A stretch of DNA of 64,000 bases, from the NCBI GenBank assembly GCA_963789265.1, contig CAWBKB010000005.1, forward strand, positions 64,001 through 128,000, in the 5' to 3' direction. Origin of the DNA: an uncultured delta proteobacterium (GTDB lineage Bacteria; Desulfobacterota; Desulfomonilia; Desulfomonilales; Desulfomonilaceae). Numbering within the stretch: position 1 is the first letter of the stretch; every line of letters starts with the position of its first letter. The position numbers and the translations under genes are program-made. A model generated the notes under the pieces. The model was not told the DNA's origin and searched no databases. It saw only the letters and a list, made by a program, of their open reading frames with translations. Shown here piece by piece: positions 28,514 through 38,408 of the stretch.

Positions 28514-28942
28514 GTGAAAGTGGATGAAAACGTGTGGCAGATGTATCAGAGGCACCTGGGGTACACGGACGAGGCCATGGCTAAATTCCGAGCCAATCCG
28601 AAAAACGTGGAAGTGGTAGCAAAGGCCACAGAGCTGATGAACAAAACGATCGTTGCGGAGGTTGTGGAATCGCGAGGGTGCAACAGTCAACACAAGGTTG
28701 GAGATAAGTTCTATCTGGACGGAGCCGGCAACTTAATCTCAAAGCTCTGCCCCAAGAGGATGTGCATCTACGCGGTGAGCGCCCTCAAGCCTGCGGTCTT
28801 CGGAGTGAACGAGTTGGTGTACGCCGGAGTCGATCCCAATGAAATGCGATTCAACAGGGTAGGATGCTCCGATGTCGGTGTGGAGTGCGGCGGCTGGGGA
28901 CATATTGTGATGGAGATTAAAGTGGAGGATCGGAACAAATGA
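28514..28942 (+). CDS. Cys-rich conserved protein, TIGR04076-like
   Basis: EVVESRGCNSQHKVGDKF...CPKRMC...CSD pattern; RBS GGAGGA. Confidence 0.7.
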   Translation: MKVDENVWQMYQRHLGYTDEAMAKFRANPKNVEVVAKATELMNKTIVAEVVESRGCNSQHKVGDKFYLDGAGNLISKLCPKRMCIYAVSALKPAVFGVNELVYAGVDPNEMRFNRVGCSDVGVECGGWGHIVMEIKVEDRNK

Positions 28943-29000
28943 GCCCGTATGATAAGCCGCCCGTAAACAAACGTGGTTCTGAGGGCGCGGCTGTTTTCGC

Positions 29001-29039
29001 TTGACAGAGGAGTGTCGTACCGGTTACTTTGTATACGAA
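29001..29039 (+). promoter_or_regulatory. Sigma-70 promoter and operator of marR
   Basis: TTGACA-N18-TACTTT, overlapped by the near-palindrome TTTGTATACGAA just before the ATG. Confidence 0.6.
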
Positions 29040-29462
29040 ATGAATGACACGACACCCTATGAAGACTGCGTTGTTTACTTGCTGGCCAAAGTGTACCAAA
29101 GGGCCCACTCTGTGGCCAAGCGACACCTGGCCGCCTACGGCTTGACGCCAGTCCAGCACCTCGTGCTGGCCGCGGTGCACCAGGAAGAGGGCCTATCCGC
29201 CGGAGACCTAGGGAAGAAGCTGACCCTCGACTTAGCCACTCTTTCCGGCATCCTGGATCGGATGGCCGAGCGCGGCTGGATCGTCAAGCAAACGGACCCT
29301 GACGATAAGCGGCTCCTGCAAATCCGCCTAACTAACAAAGCTCGAGATCTGGAGCCCACTCTGATGCAAGAAAGGGACAAGGCGAATGATGAGGTACTCG
29401 GCAATCTGTCTCTGGAAGAGAAAGTGCTGCTGAAGAGACTTTTGAAGGATCTAAAAGACTAA
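29040..29462 (+). CDS. MarR family regulator
   Basis: GLTPVQHLVL, LDLATLSGILDRMAERGWI and DPDDKR winged-helix motifs. Confidence 0.93.
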   Translation: MNDTTPYEDCVVYLLAKVYQRAHSVAKRHLAAYGLTPVQHLVLAAVHQEEGLSAGDLGKKLTLDLATLSGILDRMAERGWIVKQTDPDDKRLLQIRLTNKARDLEPTLMQERDKANDEVLGNLSLEEKVLLKRLLKDLKD

Positions 29463-29509
29463 GTCTCCTATTCGCAAATACGGTGATATTAAGAACCAGG
29501 TCCGGAAGA

Positions 29510-29583
29510 AGATTGCTTCGCTGCGCTCGCAATGACAGGTAGCGGGAATGTCATTGCGAGGAGTAAAACGACGAAGCAATCTC
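29510..29583. repeat. Palindromic intergenic repeat (GTCATTGCGAG family), copy 2, halves in the opposite order
   Basis: AGATTGCTTCG...CTCGCAATGACA followed by TGTCATTGCGAGGAG...CGAAGCAATCT. Confidence 0.8.
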
Positions 29584-29711
29584 TACCGTGCAAATCCGCG
29601 ACCTGTACTCTCGAAAACCAGTACTAGGCTCTTTTGGCTCAATATTTCGTACTCAAACTAATCGGTTGAGAATCAGTGGAATCTCCAAGTCGGCACGAAT
29701 CGGAGGATGAA

Positions 29712-31952
29712 ATGGCAACGTGGCAAAAGACGTCGTGTGTGTGTTGCGGTCAAAACTGTGGCCTCGAAGTGATAGTCGAAGGAAACCGCATAACGAAGGT
29801 TCGTGCCGACAAACAGAACCCTCGCAGTGAAGGGTACTGTTGTCGCAAGGGATTGAAAATCGCACATTATCAACACCATGCAGATCGGCTTAAACGGCCC
29901 CTCAAACGGGTAGGCCATGAGTTCGAAGAGATATCCTGGGACCAGGCTCTGGACGAGATTGCGGAAAAGCTGAAATCAACTGTGGAGACTCATGGGCCTC
30001 GCTCTCTTGCTTACATGGGTGGAGGCGGCCTAGGGTGCCACTTCGAGGCTGCCTTCGGAGTGCGGCTTCTACGAGCATTGGGGTCGCATTATCATTACAG
30101 CCCGCTCGCGCAAGAGTTGACCGGCTACTTCTGGGTAAACGGCAGAGGATTGGGGCGACAGTACCTGGGTACTGTTCCTGACCACGAACACACGGATATG
30201 TTGGTGGCAGTGGGCTGGAACGGCTGGATGAGTCATCAGATGCCCCAAGCGCGACGGCATTTGAAGAGAATTTCCGAAGACCCTGACAAGCTGCTCGTGG
30301 TGATCGATCCCAGGCGTTCAGAGACGGCCCGGAGAGCGGACATACATCTGGCGGTTCGCCCCGGGACGGACGCTTTGCTCTTTCGATCCATGATAAGCAT
30401 TATCCTTCAGGAAGGTTGGCAAAACAACGACTATATTGCCGCCCATGTGAGTGGCTTCGAGACGATTCAGCCCTGGTTCACTGAATTCGACCCCCGTCCT
30501 GCCATCGACCTTTGCAGTCTTGACTATGATCAGGTCCGAGAAGTATGCCGGCTACTGGCTACTCGGAAGTGGTCGTGTCACTCGGATCTCGGCATCCTCA
30601 TGGGGAGGCACAGCACCGTCTCGTCTTACCTGGAATTGATCTTACTGGCCATCTGCGGCCGCATAGGAGCCCCCGGCGGAAACTTCATACCTGGCCACAT
30701 CATGCCGATGGGGTCTCATTCCGATGAACGCGATTCCAGGACCTGGCGTACCGCGGCCACGAATTTTCCCGCGATCATGGGCACATTTCCGCCCAACGTT
30801 ATGCCGGAGGAAATATTGTCAGATGGGCAGGAGCGGCTGCGGGCGGTGTTTGTAAGCGGCTCAAATCCGTTGCGATCCTATGCTGACACGACGGCCTATG
30901 AACAGGCGTTCAGAGCCCTCGACCTCTTGGTGGTCGTGGACGTGGCCTTAACCGAGACCGCCGGCCTTGCTCATTATGTACTGCCCGCAAAGTCCGCGTA
31001 CGAAAAGTGGGATGGAACGTTTTTCGCTTGGAACTTCCCTGAAATATTTTTCCAGATGCGCCGCCCCGTGGTCCAACCGGAAGGGGAATGCCTTGAGGAG
31101 GGCGAAATCCTCATACGCCTAGCCGACCGTTTGGATTTGCTTCCGGAAATTCCCCAAACTTTGTACGAGGCTGCGTTCGGCGAACGCATGAATTTCGGAA
31201 TGCAACTTATGGCCTTTGCTCAGAGCGAGCCCCGTGCGCTGAAATTCATGCCGTTCATCTTAGGCAAGACGCTGGGGAAAGCTCTGGATTCAGTACATCT
31301 TTCAGCACTGTGGGGGATGTTGCAGGTGACTCCCAAGTCTTTCCGGGAGAATGCTGTTCGTGCCGGCTTCAATCCCGGGCTCACTATGGGGGAAGAGATT
31401 TTCAATGCCATTCTTGAACGGCCTGAAGGAATTCGGATCGGCAAGTGCGATTCCTCGAAACCTTTTGATCAGCTCCGCACCGACGACAAGCGCATAAACG
31501 TTCTGATCCCGGAACTCGCGGAAGCTGTAAAGGGCATCGACGTTCAGAGTGAAGAGATCGGCCTGCGTATGAATGACGAGTACCCGCTCATACTCGCTGG
31601 AGGCCGCCACATGGATTACAACGCGAACACAATCATGAGAAGCCCGATCTGGAATGAAGGAAAGAGTAGAGCCTGCACACTTATGATGCACCCCGGTGAT
31701 GCCACAGCGCTGGGTCTGTCGGACGGGCAGACGGTTAAGATAACGACCGAAGCAGGCTCGGAGGATATCCCGCTGGAAGTGACCGACACAGCGCGTCAGG
31801 GGCAGGTGATCATGCCCCACGGATTCGGGCTTGTCCATGCGGGCCGAAAACATGGCGCCAACGTGAATCGCCTGACCAAAAGCAGCAACAGGGACCCGAT
31901 CGCAGGCACACCGCTGCACAGATTCGTTCCCTGTAGCGTGAAAGCGGTGTGA
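29712..31952 (+). CDS. Molybdopterin-dependent oxidoreductase (DMSO reductase superfamily) catalytic subunit
   Basis: N-terminal CxxCxxxC...C Fe-S motif, VIDPRRSETA, RPGTD, TETAGLAHYVLP and MHPGDA C-terminal domain; no Tat signal; RBS GGAGG. Confidence 0.92.
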   Translation: MATWQKTSCVCCGQNCGLEVIVEGNRITKVRADKQNPRSEGYCCRKGLKIAHYQHHADRLKRPLKRVGHEFEEISWDQALDEIAEKLKSTVETHGPRSLAYMGGGGLGCHFEAAFGVRLLRALGSHYHYSPLAQELTGYFWVNGRGLGRQYLGTVPDHEHTDMLVAVGWNGWMSHQMPQARRHLKRISEDPDKLLVVIDPRRSETARRADIHLAVRPGTDALLFRSMISIILQEGWQNNDYIAAHVSGFETIQPWFTEFDPRPAIDLCSLDYDQVREVCRLLATRKWSCHSDLGILMGRHSTVSSYLELILLAICGRIGAPGGNFIPGHIMPMGSHSDERDSRTWRTAATNFPAIMGTFPPNVMPEEILSDGQERLRAVFVSGSNPLRSYADTTAYEQAFRALDLLVVVDVALTETAGLAHYVLPAKSAYEKWDGTFFAWNFPEIFFQMRRPVVQPEGECLEEGEILIRLADRLDLLPEIPQTLYEAAFGERMNFGMQLMAFAQSEPRALKFMPFILGKTLGKALDSVHLSALWGMLQVTPKSFRENAVRAGFNPGLTMGEEIFNAILERPEGIRIGKCDSSKPFDQLRTDDKRINVLIPELAEAVKGIDVQSEEIGLRMNDEYPLILAGGRHMDYNANTIMRSPIWNEGKSRACTLMMHPGDATALGLSDGQTVKITTEAGSEDIPLEVTDTARQGQVIMPHGFGLVHAGRKHGANVNRLTKSSNRDPIAGTPLHRFVPCSVKAV

Positions 31953-32047
31953 CACCGGAGAAGGCGGATAGCCGCTCATTTCCCCGGCTGCCACGAGGTA
32001 AAGCCCGGTGGCAGAGAAGTTAACATCTCGCCCCTCAGGAGGACAAA

Positions 32048-33149
32048 ATGACCACGAAATTGTACCTACGACCTACGTGAACAGTTGGATCAGTATTCAG
32101 TAGGATTTCCTTCAACCAAATCCGGAGTTGAAATGAAGATCCTTGAGAAGCTCTTCTCAGAAGAGGAGGCCGAACTTTATCTCAACATGAGCATGATGCT
32201 CGAAACCCCCGAAGCCGTAGCGCAACGTATAGGGAGGGAGCCTGAAACGGTAGCCGCTCTGTTGGAGCGTATGGTGGACAAGGGCCTAATTTTTAGAGTC
32301 AAAAAAGGGGACTCCCCCAAATATGGAGCGGTTCCTTTTGTGGTCGGGTCTTTCGAGTATCAACTCAAAGACATGGACAGGGAGTTTGCGGAACTGTTCG
32401 ACCGTTACTTTTTGGAAGCCTTCGGCAAGCAAGGGGTGGGTCAGATACCTCCCCTGAGGCCCATACCGGTCAACAAGGCAATTGATCATTCATGGCCGGT
32501 GATGCCGTACGACGATGTGAGAAAACTCTTTGAGGCTAGAGACAAGATCTCAGTGGCTAACTGTATATGTCGGGTCCAGCAAGGGCTTCTGGACAAGGGG
32601 TGCGATAAACCGAAGGAGGTCTGCTTCCAGTTTGGAAGCCACGCTCGGTACTACGTTGACAAAGGTATGGCTCGGTTTATCAGCCAGGATGAAGCGCTTC
32701 AAATAATCGACCGGTGCGATGAAGCCGGCCTCGTACCGCAGCCATTCGTTTCGCAGGACGCGGGTGGGATGTGTAACTGCTGCGGCGACTGCTGCGGAAT
32801 TCTTCGCTCCATCAAATTGCACCCCAAGCCCGCCGAAAAAGTTTTGACCAACTATTTTGCAGCCGTGGACACAGATTCCTGCTCGGCGTGCGAGACCTGC
32901 GTGGATCGCTGTCAAATGGACGCGATCAAGATGGGAGTCGACGGCCTGGCCGAAGTTGACCGAGACAGATGCATAGGTTGCGGGTTATGCGTCACAGCGT
33001 GTCCAACCGACGCTCTTTCGCTTAAATCGAAGCCTGAATCGGAACGCCAAGTACCACCTGCGACAGCGAGGGATTATGTGACACAGTTGGCTTCAGCTCG
33101 AGGCACATCGATTATTCCTCTCGCTATGTCAAGGAAGTCGGGAAGCTGA
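32048..33149 (+). CDS. 4Fe-4S dicluster protein with N-terminal HTH-like region (one extra base near 32065)
   Basis: CICR, CNCCGDCC and two CxxCxxCxxxC motifs. AGGAGG-ATG at 32048 joins the ORF if one C is removed (MTTKLYYDLREQLDQY). Confidence 0.85.
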
Positions 33150-33632
33150 TCTTCATCACTGAATGAAATGAGATTGGAAATCGATCGGTTCGACAATCAT
33201 GATGAATCTTTGGGCTGAGAAAGAATCGTGCGAAACGGCATCAGTCTGCTCTCTTGTTGAAGAGGACGCCAGCCAGCCCCAAAGGTAGAAGGCCGCCACG
33301 GCAAGTATGGAAACAATCTGAGATTAACGAGCATAATAAAGACCGCTGTGGCGGCCTCTTTGCGTTGCCGCTCAATACTAATCTATTCGGCTGAGTCGTT
33401 ACTGTCTCGTTACGCCTCGGTCTGAGTCAACAAGCCTACTTTGAGGTCTTTCTCAAGGTTTGCTCAGGGGTCTCCATCCTTGTGACCATTCTCACCAAGT
33501 CAGGAGAGGGGAAAACGGGCCGGGGAAATTCCTGAGGGCGGACCGGAGACGCAACCGGCACTATTTTTGGCTCGAATTCTTGAAGAAACTGCAGGACGAA
33601 AGAAACTTGACAGAGCGTTATGGACATGCCAT

Positions 33633-33654
33633 TTGATGAATGGTCGTTCATTAA
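33633..33654. promoter_or_regulatory. Putative TetR operator
   Basis: Near-palindrome TTGATGAATGGTCGTTCATTAA downstream of TTGACA (33607-33612) and upstream of the tetR-liv operon. Confidence 0.55.
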
Positions 33655-33778
33655 CACACCATTTCAGCTCCTCTGAAAGAAGACTTGTGCTGCTACATCA
33701 GAGAGCGGAAACGTGAGCGGTTGAAAGCTTGAGACTCCACGTTCCTCCTTCGCCAAAGCTAAGCAGGCGGAATACGCT

Positions 33779-34465
33779 GTGCCAAAACAAGACAACACAA
33801 GAGAAGATCGTGGCGTTAGAAAGAAGAAAATGCTGGCCCTCGCGCGCCATTTGTTTTGGCAAAAGGGTTATAATGCGGTCAGCATGCGAGATTTGTCGCG
33901 AGCATACGGATGCCGCCCGGCCAATCTCTACAATTACTTCAAGACCAAAGAGTCGATCCTTTTCGAAGTGCTGCTGGAAGAAATGGAGCAAATAATTCAA
34001 CCGATTTCCCATCTTGAAGAAGAGGAAGACGGTAACCCTTTAGACCAACTGCGTTTCATCATCTTCAGTCATCTCAGGGTCACCTTGAGCTATCGGCGGT
34101 CTGCAAAAACATTGTTTGATGTAGCTCTGGACAACCTGTCTCCGGCCAACCGCAAAGTCATAATCTCCATGCGAGACGCCTATGACTGCCTAATTAGAAA
34201 GGTGATTCGGAGGGGACAAGAGAAAGGGCTTTTCGCACCGTGTGACGGCAAGCTGGTCGGTTTTATGATCTCTTCCATGATAACTCGTTCCAGGATTTGG
34301 TTTCACCCTAAAAAGGGCGTGACAGTAGATGAGCTGGCTGATTTCATCTTTCGATTTGCTTTGAGGGGCATTCAGTCCACCGATGGCATGCAAAAGGAAC
34401 TTGTGTCGTGCGGAACGATAAGTGATGGGGACAAGCAGGTCGCTATTTGTGGGCTATTGCCGTAG
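33779..34465 (+). CDS. TetR/AcrR family regulator
   Basis: LFWQKGYNAVSMRDLSRAYGCRPANLYNYFKTKE HTH. Confidence 0.9.
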   Translation: MPKQDNTREDRGVRKKKMLALARHLFWQKGYNAVSMRDLSRAYGCRPANLYNYFKTKESILFEVLLEEMEQIIQPISHLEEEEDGNPLDQLRFIIFSHLRVTLSYRRSAKTLFDVALDNLSPANRKVIISMRDAYDCLIRKVIRRGQEKGLFAPCDGKLVGFMISSMITRSRIWFHPKKGVTVDELADFIFRFALRGIQSTDGMQKELVSCGTISDGDKQVAICGLLP

Positions 34466-34491
34466 ATCAATCATTTACGGGAGGGTGAGAA

Positions 34492-35733
34492 ATGAGAAAC
34501 CTAGTAAAGGCTCTGATCGTTTTAGGCTTGGGGTTTGCTTTGGTAGCGATACCATGCGTCAATCCCTCACTTGCGGCTTCTACTGAAAAGCCGATCAAAA
34601 TAGGATTCATACACACCATGAGCGGTGCCATGTCGATGTATGGCATCAGTTCGGAAGCCGGGGCCAAAATCGCCATAAAGGAAATCAACGCGACCGGCGG
34701 TGTGTTGGGCCGCAAACTTGAGCTGATAACCAGAGACGACAAACTTAGCCCCGAGGTAGGCCTGCGAGAGGCAAAGGACCTCATTCTAACTGAACAGGTT
34801 GATTTTCTAACCGGCACCATCAGTCGCGCGGTAGCCTTAGCCATCTCCAGTTATGCAGCAAGGGAAAAGAAAATATTCATTGTCAACGTGTCTCAATCGT
34901 CGGAAATCACGGAAGAGAAATGGAACCCCTATGTATTCCGCATCAACACCAATGCAGTTCCCTACTGGGGGTACACCCCTGCCATCGCTCTGGCCAAGAC
35001 CTGGAAGCCCAAAAAGATTGTAAGTCTAGGATTCGATTATGAGTGCGGTAAGAATTCATTGGCGGCTTTCAAGGAAAAGTACCTAAAGCTGGTTCCTGAC
35101 GCACAGATCATTGATGAATTGTGGGCCCCTTTGGGGACCACCGATTTCACACCTTACATCTCCAAGATAGCCAACTCAGGTGCTGATGCGCTTTTTCTTG
35201 CGTGTGTCTACGGCGGCGGGGAACTCGCCTTTACCAAACAGGCCTACGCCTTTGGACTGTACGACAAGATGAAGATGATCCAACCCTGCGCCGGCGATGT
35301 GGAAACCTGGAGTAATGTAAAGAAGGGTGACCCCTACCCCAAGGGGGCCCTAGCCACTTGCCGTTATCCCTTCTGGGCAATTGACAATCCCAAGAACAAG
35401 GCATTTGTGGAAGAACATAAGAAGATGGTCGGGTTCTGGCCATCTTACGGAGCCATGAACGAGTATGTAACAATGCATGCGTTGAAGAAAGCCATCGAGA
35501 AGGTAGGCTCGGTTGATACTGAAAAATTAATCAAGGCATTGGCAGGCATGAAACTGCACACTTTCATGGGTACGGTTTTGCTTCGCGCCTACGATCACCA
35601 GGCCATGATGCCGAACTGGTACGGCATTATAGCGTTCACACCTGATCTCCCGTTTCCCCATATCACCGACACCCACATCATAGGCGAAGAAGGTTATCAC
35701 ACCGTCGAACAGATCAAGAATCTGCGAAAATAG
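34492..35733 (+). CDS. Branched-chain amino acid-type ABC substrate-binding protein
   Basis: Signal peptide, IKIG, EINATGGVLGRKLELITRDD and GTTDFTPYI motifs. Confidence 0.9.
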   Translation: MRNLVKALIVLGLGFALVAIPCVNPSLAASTEKPIKIGFIHTMSGAMSMYGISSEAGAKIAIKEINATGGVLGRKLELITRDDKLSPEVGLREAKDLILTEQVDFLTGTISRAVALAISSYAAREKKIFIVNVSQSSEITEEKWNPYVFRINTNAVPYWGYTPAIALAKTWKPKKIVSLGFDYECGKNSLAAFKEKYLKLVPDAQIIDELWAPLGTTDFTPYISKIANSGADALFLACVYGGGELAFTKQAYAFGLYDKMKMIQPCAGDVETWSNVKKGDPYPKGALATCRYPFWAIDNPKNKAFVEEHKKMVGFWPSYGAMNEYVTMHALKKAIEKVGSVDTEKLIKALAGMKLHTFMGTVLLRAYDHQAMMPNWYGIIAFTPDLPFPHITDTHIIGEEGYHTVEQIKNLRK

Positions 35734-35757
35734 CTAACCGTGATCTAAGAATTATCC

Positions 35758-35779
35758 GGGGCGGGCTCTTGCCTGCCCC
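35758..35779 (+). other. Intercistronic stem-loop after the substrate-binding protein gene
   Basis: GGGGCGGGC-TCTT-GCCTGCCCC with no U-tract; typical position for an mRNA-stabilising hairpin. Confidence 0.5.
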
Positions 35780-35802
35780 AAGATCGGCAAGAGAGAAAGA
35801 AT

Positions 35803-36681
35803 ATGACTCTGGAGGCCGCTCTTGGACAAGCTCTCAGTGGTATCAGCCTGGGGATGGTCTGGTTTCTTATAGCGGCCGGGCTGTCAATCATTTTCGGAAC
35901 CCTGAAGATACTGAACATGGCCCACGGCTCGATCTATATGCTCGGCGGGTTCCTCTGTTATCAGGTCACGTCCGCGTTTTCCCATATCCCGGGGATCTTT
36001 TGGCTCGCCCTCCTGGTTGCGCCCCTCGTCACTGCACTGGTTGGGGGATGCATTGAAATTTTGCTACTGAGGCGCATTTACGGTCTGGATATGATCTACC
36101 AGTACCTACTCACCTTTGGATTAATTTTGATAGTGGGAGAGGTCTGCAAGCTTATTTGGGGAGTAGGGTACAATACGGTTACGGTGCCTTGGCCGTTGAA
36201 AGGTACCGTGAGCCTGTTCGGATTATCGTTTCCTAAATACAATCTCTTTCTGATCGGTATGGGGGGCCTTGTTTTTGTGGGGCTGCAGGCGCTCATAGGT
36301 GCCACTAGTTTGGGGGCCATCGTTAGAGCCGTTACTCACAACCGAGAGATCGCCAACGCTTTGGGCATAAACGTCCCCAAAGTCTACACCGGGGTCTTCA
36401 TGCTCGGGTGTTGGCTGGCCGGGCTTGCCGGTACCTTGATGCCCCCCATGTCAGTGGTGGCGCTCGGGGCCGACGTGTCGGTTATTATAGACTGCTTCAT
36501 TATTGTGGTAATCGGCGGGCTGGGTAGCATACCGGGCGCTTTCTTGGGGGCGATCATTCTGGGCTTCACCACGGCCTTTGGGCTTTACATCATACCCAAA
36601 CTGGCAGTGGCCTTCGGCTTCATTCTGATGATCATTGTCCTGATAATTCGTCCACGAGGGCTGATGGGAGAGCCTGATTGA
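35803..36681 (+). CDS. Branched-chain amino acid ABC permease (LivH-like)
   Basis: GLSIIFG..NMAHG and VVIGGLGSIPGA motifs; multiple TM helices. Confidence 0.9.
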   Translation: MTLEAALGQALSGISLGMVWFLIAAGLSIIFGTLKILNMAHGSIYMLGGFLCYQVTSAFSHIPGIFWLALLVAPLVTALVGGCIEILLLRRIYGLDMIYQYLLTFGLILIVGEVCKLIWGVGYNTVTVPWPLKGTVSLFGLSFPKYNLFLIGMGGLVFVGLQALIGATSLGAIVRAVTHNREIANALGINVPKVYTGVFMLGCWLAGLAGTLMPPMSVVALGADVSVIIDCFIIVVIGGLGSIPGAFLGAIILGFTTAFGLYIIPKLAVAFGFILMIIVLIIRPRGLMGEPD

Positions 36682-37637
36682 TGGAAGAGACAAAAGCCAA
36701 CCCGTGTTGGCTGCACGGCCGGGCCCTGAGAGCCGTTCTCATATCGATCATTCTTGCTTTGCTTATCGCCTTGCCCGCGCTCATCGGCGAGAGTTGGTTG
36801 AACATAACCATCGAGATACTGATAATGGCACTGGCAGCCTGCTCTTTGAACTTGATGTTGGGCTATACAGGGATGGTCTCATTTGGGCCTGCCGGCCTGT
36901 ACGCAGTGGGAGCATATACAACCGCTATCCTGTTGACCAAGTTGAAGATGAACATCGTGCTGGCAATGATAGCTGCCCCGATAATGGCTGCGATCATAGG
37001 CTGTGCTGTGGGATGGATTTGCGTCAGAAGAACAAAGGTTTACTTCGCTTTATTGACACTGGCCTTCTCCCAGATCATCTGGACGATAATCTTCGAATGG
37101 TACTCCGTTACCGGAGGAGATAACGGAATAGTATCTATCCCCACTCCGGAATTCCTTTTTCCCATTGTCAATTCCTATTACTTATGTTTGGCCTTAGTGA
37201 GCTGCTGCATTTTCGCTCTGTGGAGGATTGTCAACTCTCCCTTCGGTCGAACTCTACAGGCGATCCGCGAGAATCCCGACCGAGTGGAGTTTATTGGGGT
37301 GAATCTGAAGAGATTCCAGCTAGCGGCATTTGTCCTTTCGAGCACCTTCTTAGGCATTGCTGGAAGCCTCTATTGCGTCTTTAGCGGCAGTGCTTTCCCG
37401 GATTACGCCAATTGGACAAAATCCACCGACATGCTGGTCATGTGTCTCTTGGGAGGCATATACCATTTCTCAGGACCTTTGGCTGGAAGTGCCATATACA
37501 CGATTCTCGCAAAGACCTTTTCCAAGCATACCATGCACTGGAACCTCATTCTGGGAGTGGCTATAGTGTTGATGGTTTTATTGATGAGAAATGGAGTAGT
37601 AGGATTTGTGACCGAGAAGCTATTCCGAAAAAAATGA
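36678..37637 (+). CDS. Branched-chain amino acid ABC permease (LivM-like)
   Basis: GYTGMVSFG, YFALLTLAF, TGGDNG and SPFGRTLQAIREN motifs. Confidence 0.9.
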   Translation: MMEETKANPCWLHGRALRAVLISIILALLIALPALIGESWLNITIEILIMALAACSLNLMLGYTGMVSFGPAGLYAVGAYTTAILLTKLKMNIVLAMIAAPIMAAIIGCAVGWICVRRTKVYFALLTLAFSQIIWTIIFEWYSVTGGDNGIVSIPTPEFLFPIVNSYYLCLALVSCCIFALWRIVNSPFGRTLQAIRENPDRVEFIGVNLKRFQLAAFVLSSTFLGIAGSLYCVFSGSAFPDYANWTKSTDMLVMCLLGGIYHFSGPLAGSAIYTILAKTFSKHTMHWNLILGVAIVLMVLLMRNGVVGFVTEKLFRKK

Positions 37638-37664
37638 GCCAAAACTTGTGCTAAGGACAAGAGA

Positions 37665-38408
37665 ATGCTGCTGGAAATTAAAGGACTTAGGAAATCTTTC
37701 GGTGGTTTGAGGGCGGTATTCGGGGTTGACCTTCAGGTTAACGAGAATGAGATTGTTTCAATAATTGGTCCAAACGGAGCGGGCAAGTCCACGCTCTTCA
37801 ACCTTGTTACCGGCCATGTCCGCGTTGACAAGGGGGCAGTATATTTCAAGGGCAAGGACGTAACGCGGCTGGCACCTTACGAGATTTCTCGCCTGGGCAT
37901 AGGGCGCTCCTTTCAGAAGCTGAACATATTCCCTCGACTCAGCACCTTCCAAAACGTTCAGGTAGCCTTGTTTTCGGGCAAGGGTCTAAATCGAAGCCTC
38001 TTTTCTCGCGCCGAGACCACTCTTACCGAGGAGGTCGAAGACATCCTGGCAAGTGTGGGCTTGGGCGACCGGGCGGGCACTCCAGGTGGGCTACTCGCGC
38101 ACGGCGACCAGAAGCGGCTTGAGATAGGCATAGCCCTCGCCCTCAGCCCTGAGCTTCTGCTTCTGGACGAGCCTACGCAGGGCATGAGCCCTCGGGAGAC
38201 ATCCCAGACTACTGAATTGATCCACGAGCTCGTCAAAAAAAGGGGGATAGGTCTCGCCTTTGTTGAACACGATATGAAGGTGGTCTTCAGTATCTCCGAC
38301 AAGATATACGTGATGCATCAAGGCATGATTATTTTTTGCGGTAAACCCAGTGAAGTCAGGTCCAATCAGGAAGTACAGAACATTTATCTGGGAAAGGAAA
38401 AGGGGTAG
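37665..38408 (+). CDS. ABC ATP-binding protein (LivG-like)
   Basis: GPNGAGKST, GRSFQ, LLLDEP and VEHDM motifs. Confidence 0.92.
   Translation: MLLEIKGLRKSFGGLRAVFGVDLQVNENEIVSIIGPNGAGKSTLFNLVTGHVRVDKGAVYFKGKDVTRLAPYEISRLGIGRSFQKLNIFPRLSTFQNVQVALFSGKGLNRSLFSRAETTLTEEVEDILASVGLGDRAGTPGGLLAHGDQKRLEIGIALALSPELLLLDEPTQGMSPRETSQTTELIHELVKKRGIGLAFVEHDMKVVFSISDKIYVMHQGMIIFCGKPSEVRSNQEVQNIYLGKEKG

Noticed and set aside
29495..29515. CCAGGTCCGGAAGAAG resembles the SRP RNA core (CAGGTCCGGAAGGAAGCAGC)
   Set aside because: The GGAAGCAGC half and the long closing stem are missing; the sequence runs straight into a palindromic repeat.
27096..29583. CRISPR-like array from the repeated palindromes
   Set aside because: Only two dispersed composite copies, no regular repeat-spacer period and no cas genes.
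29712..31952. Possible selenocysteine or formate dehydrogenase identity for the Mo-enzyme
   Set aside because: No in-frame TGA and no FDH-type (C/U)H active-site motif recognised; the substrate cannot be assigned.
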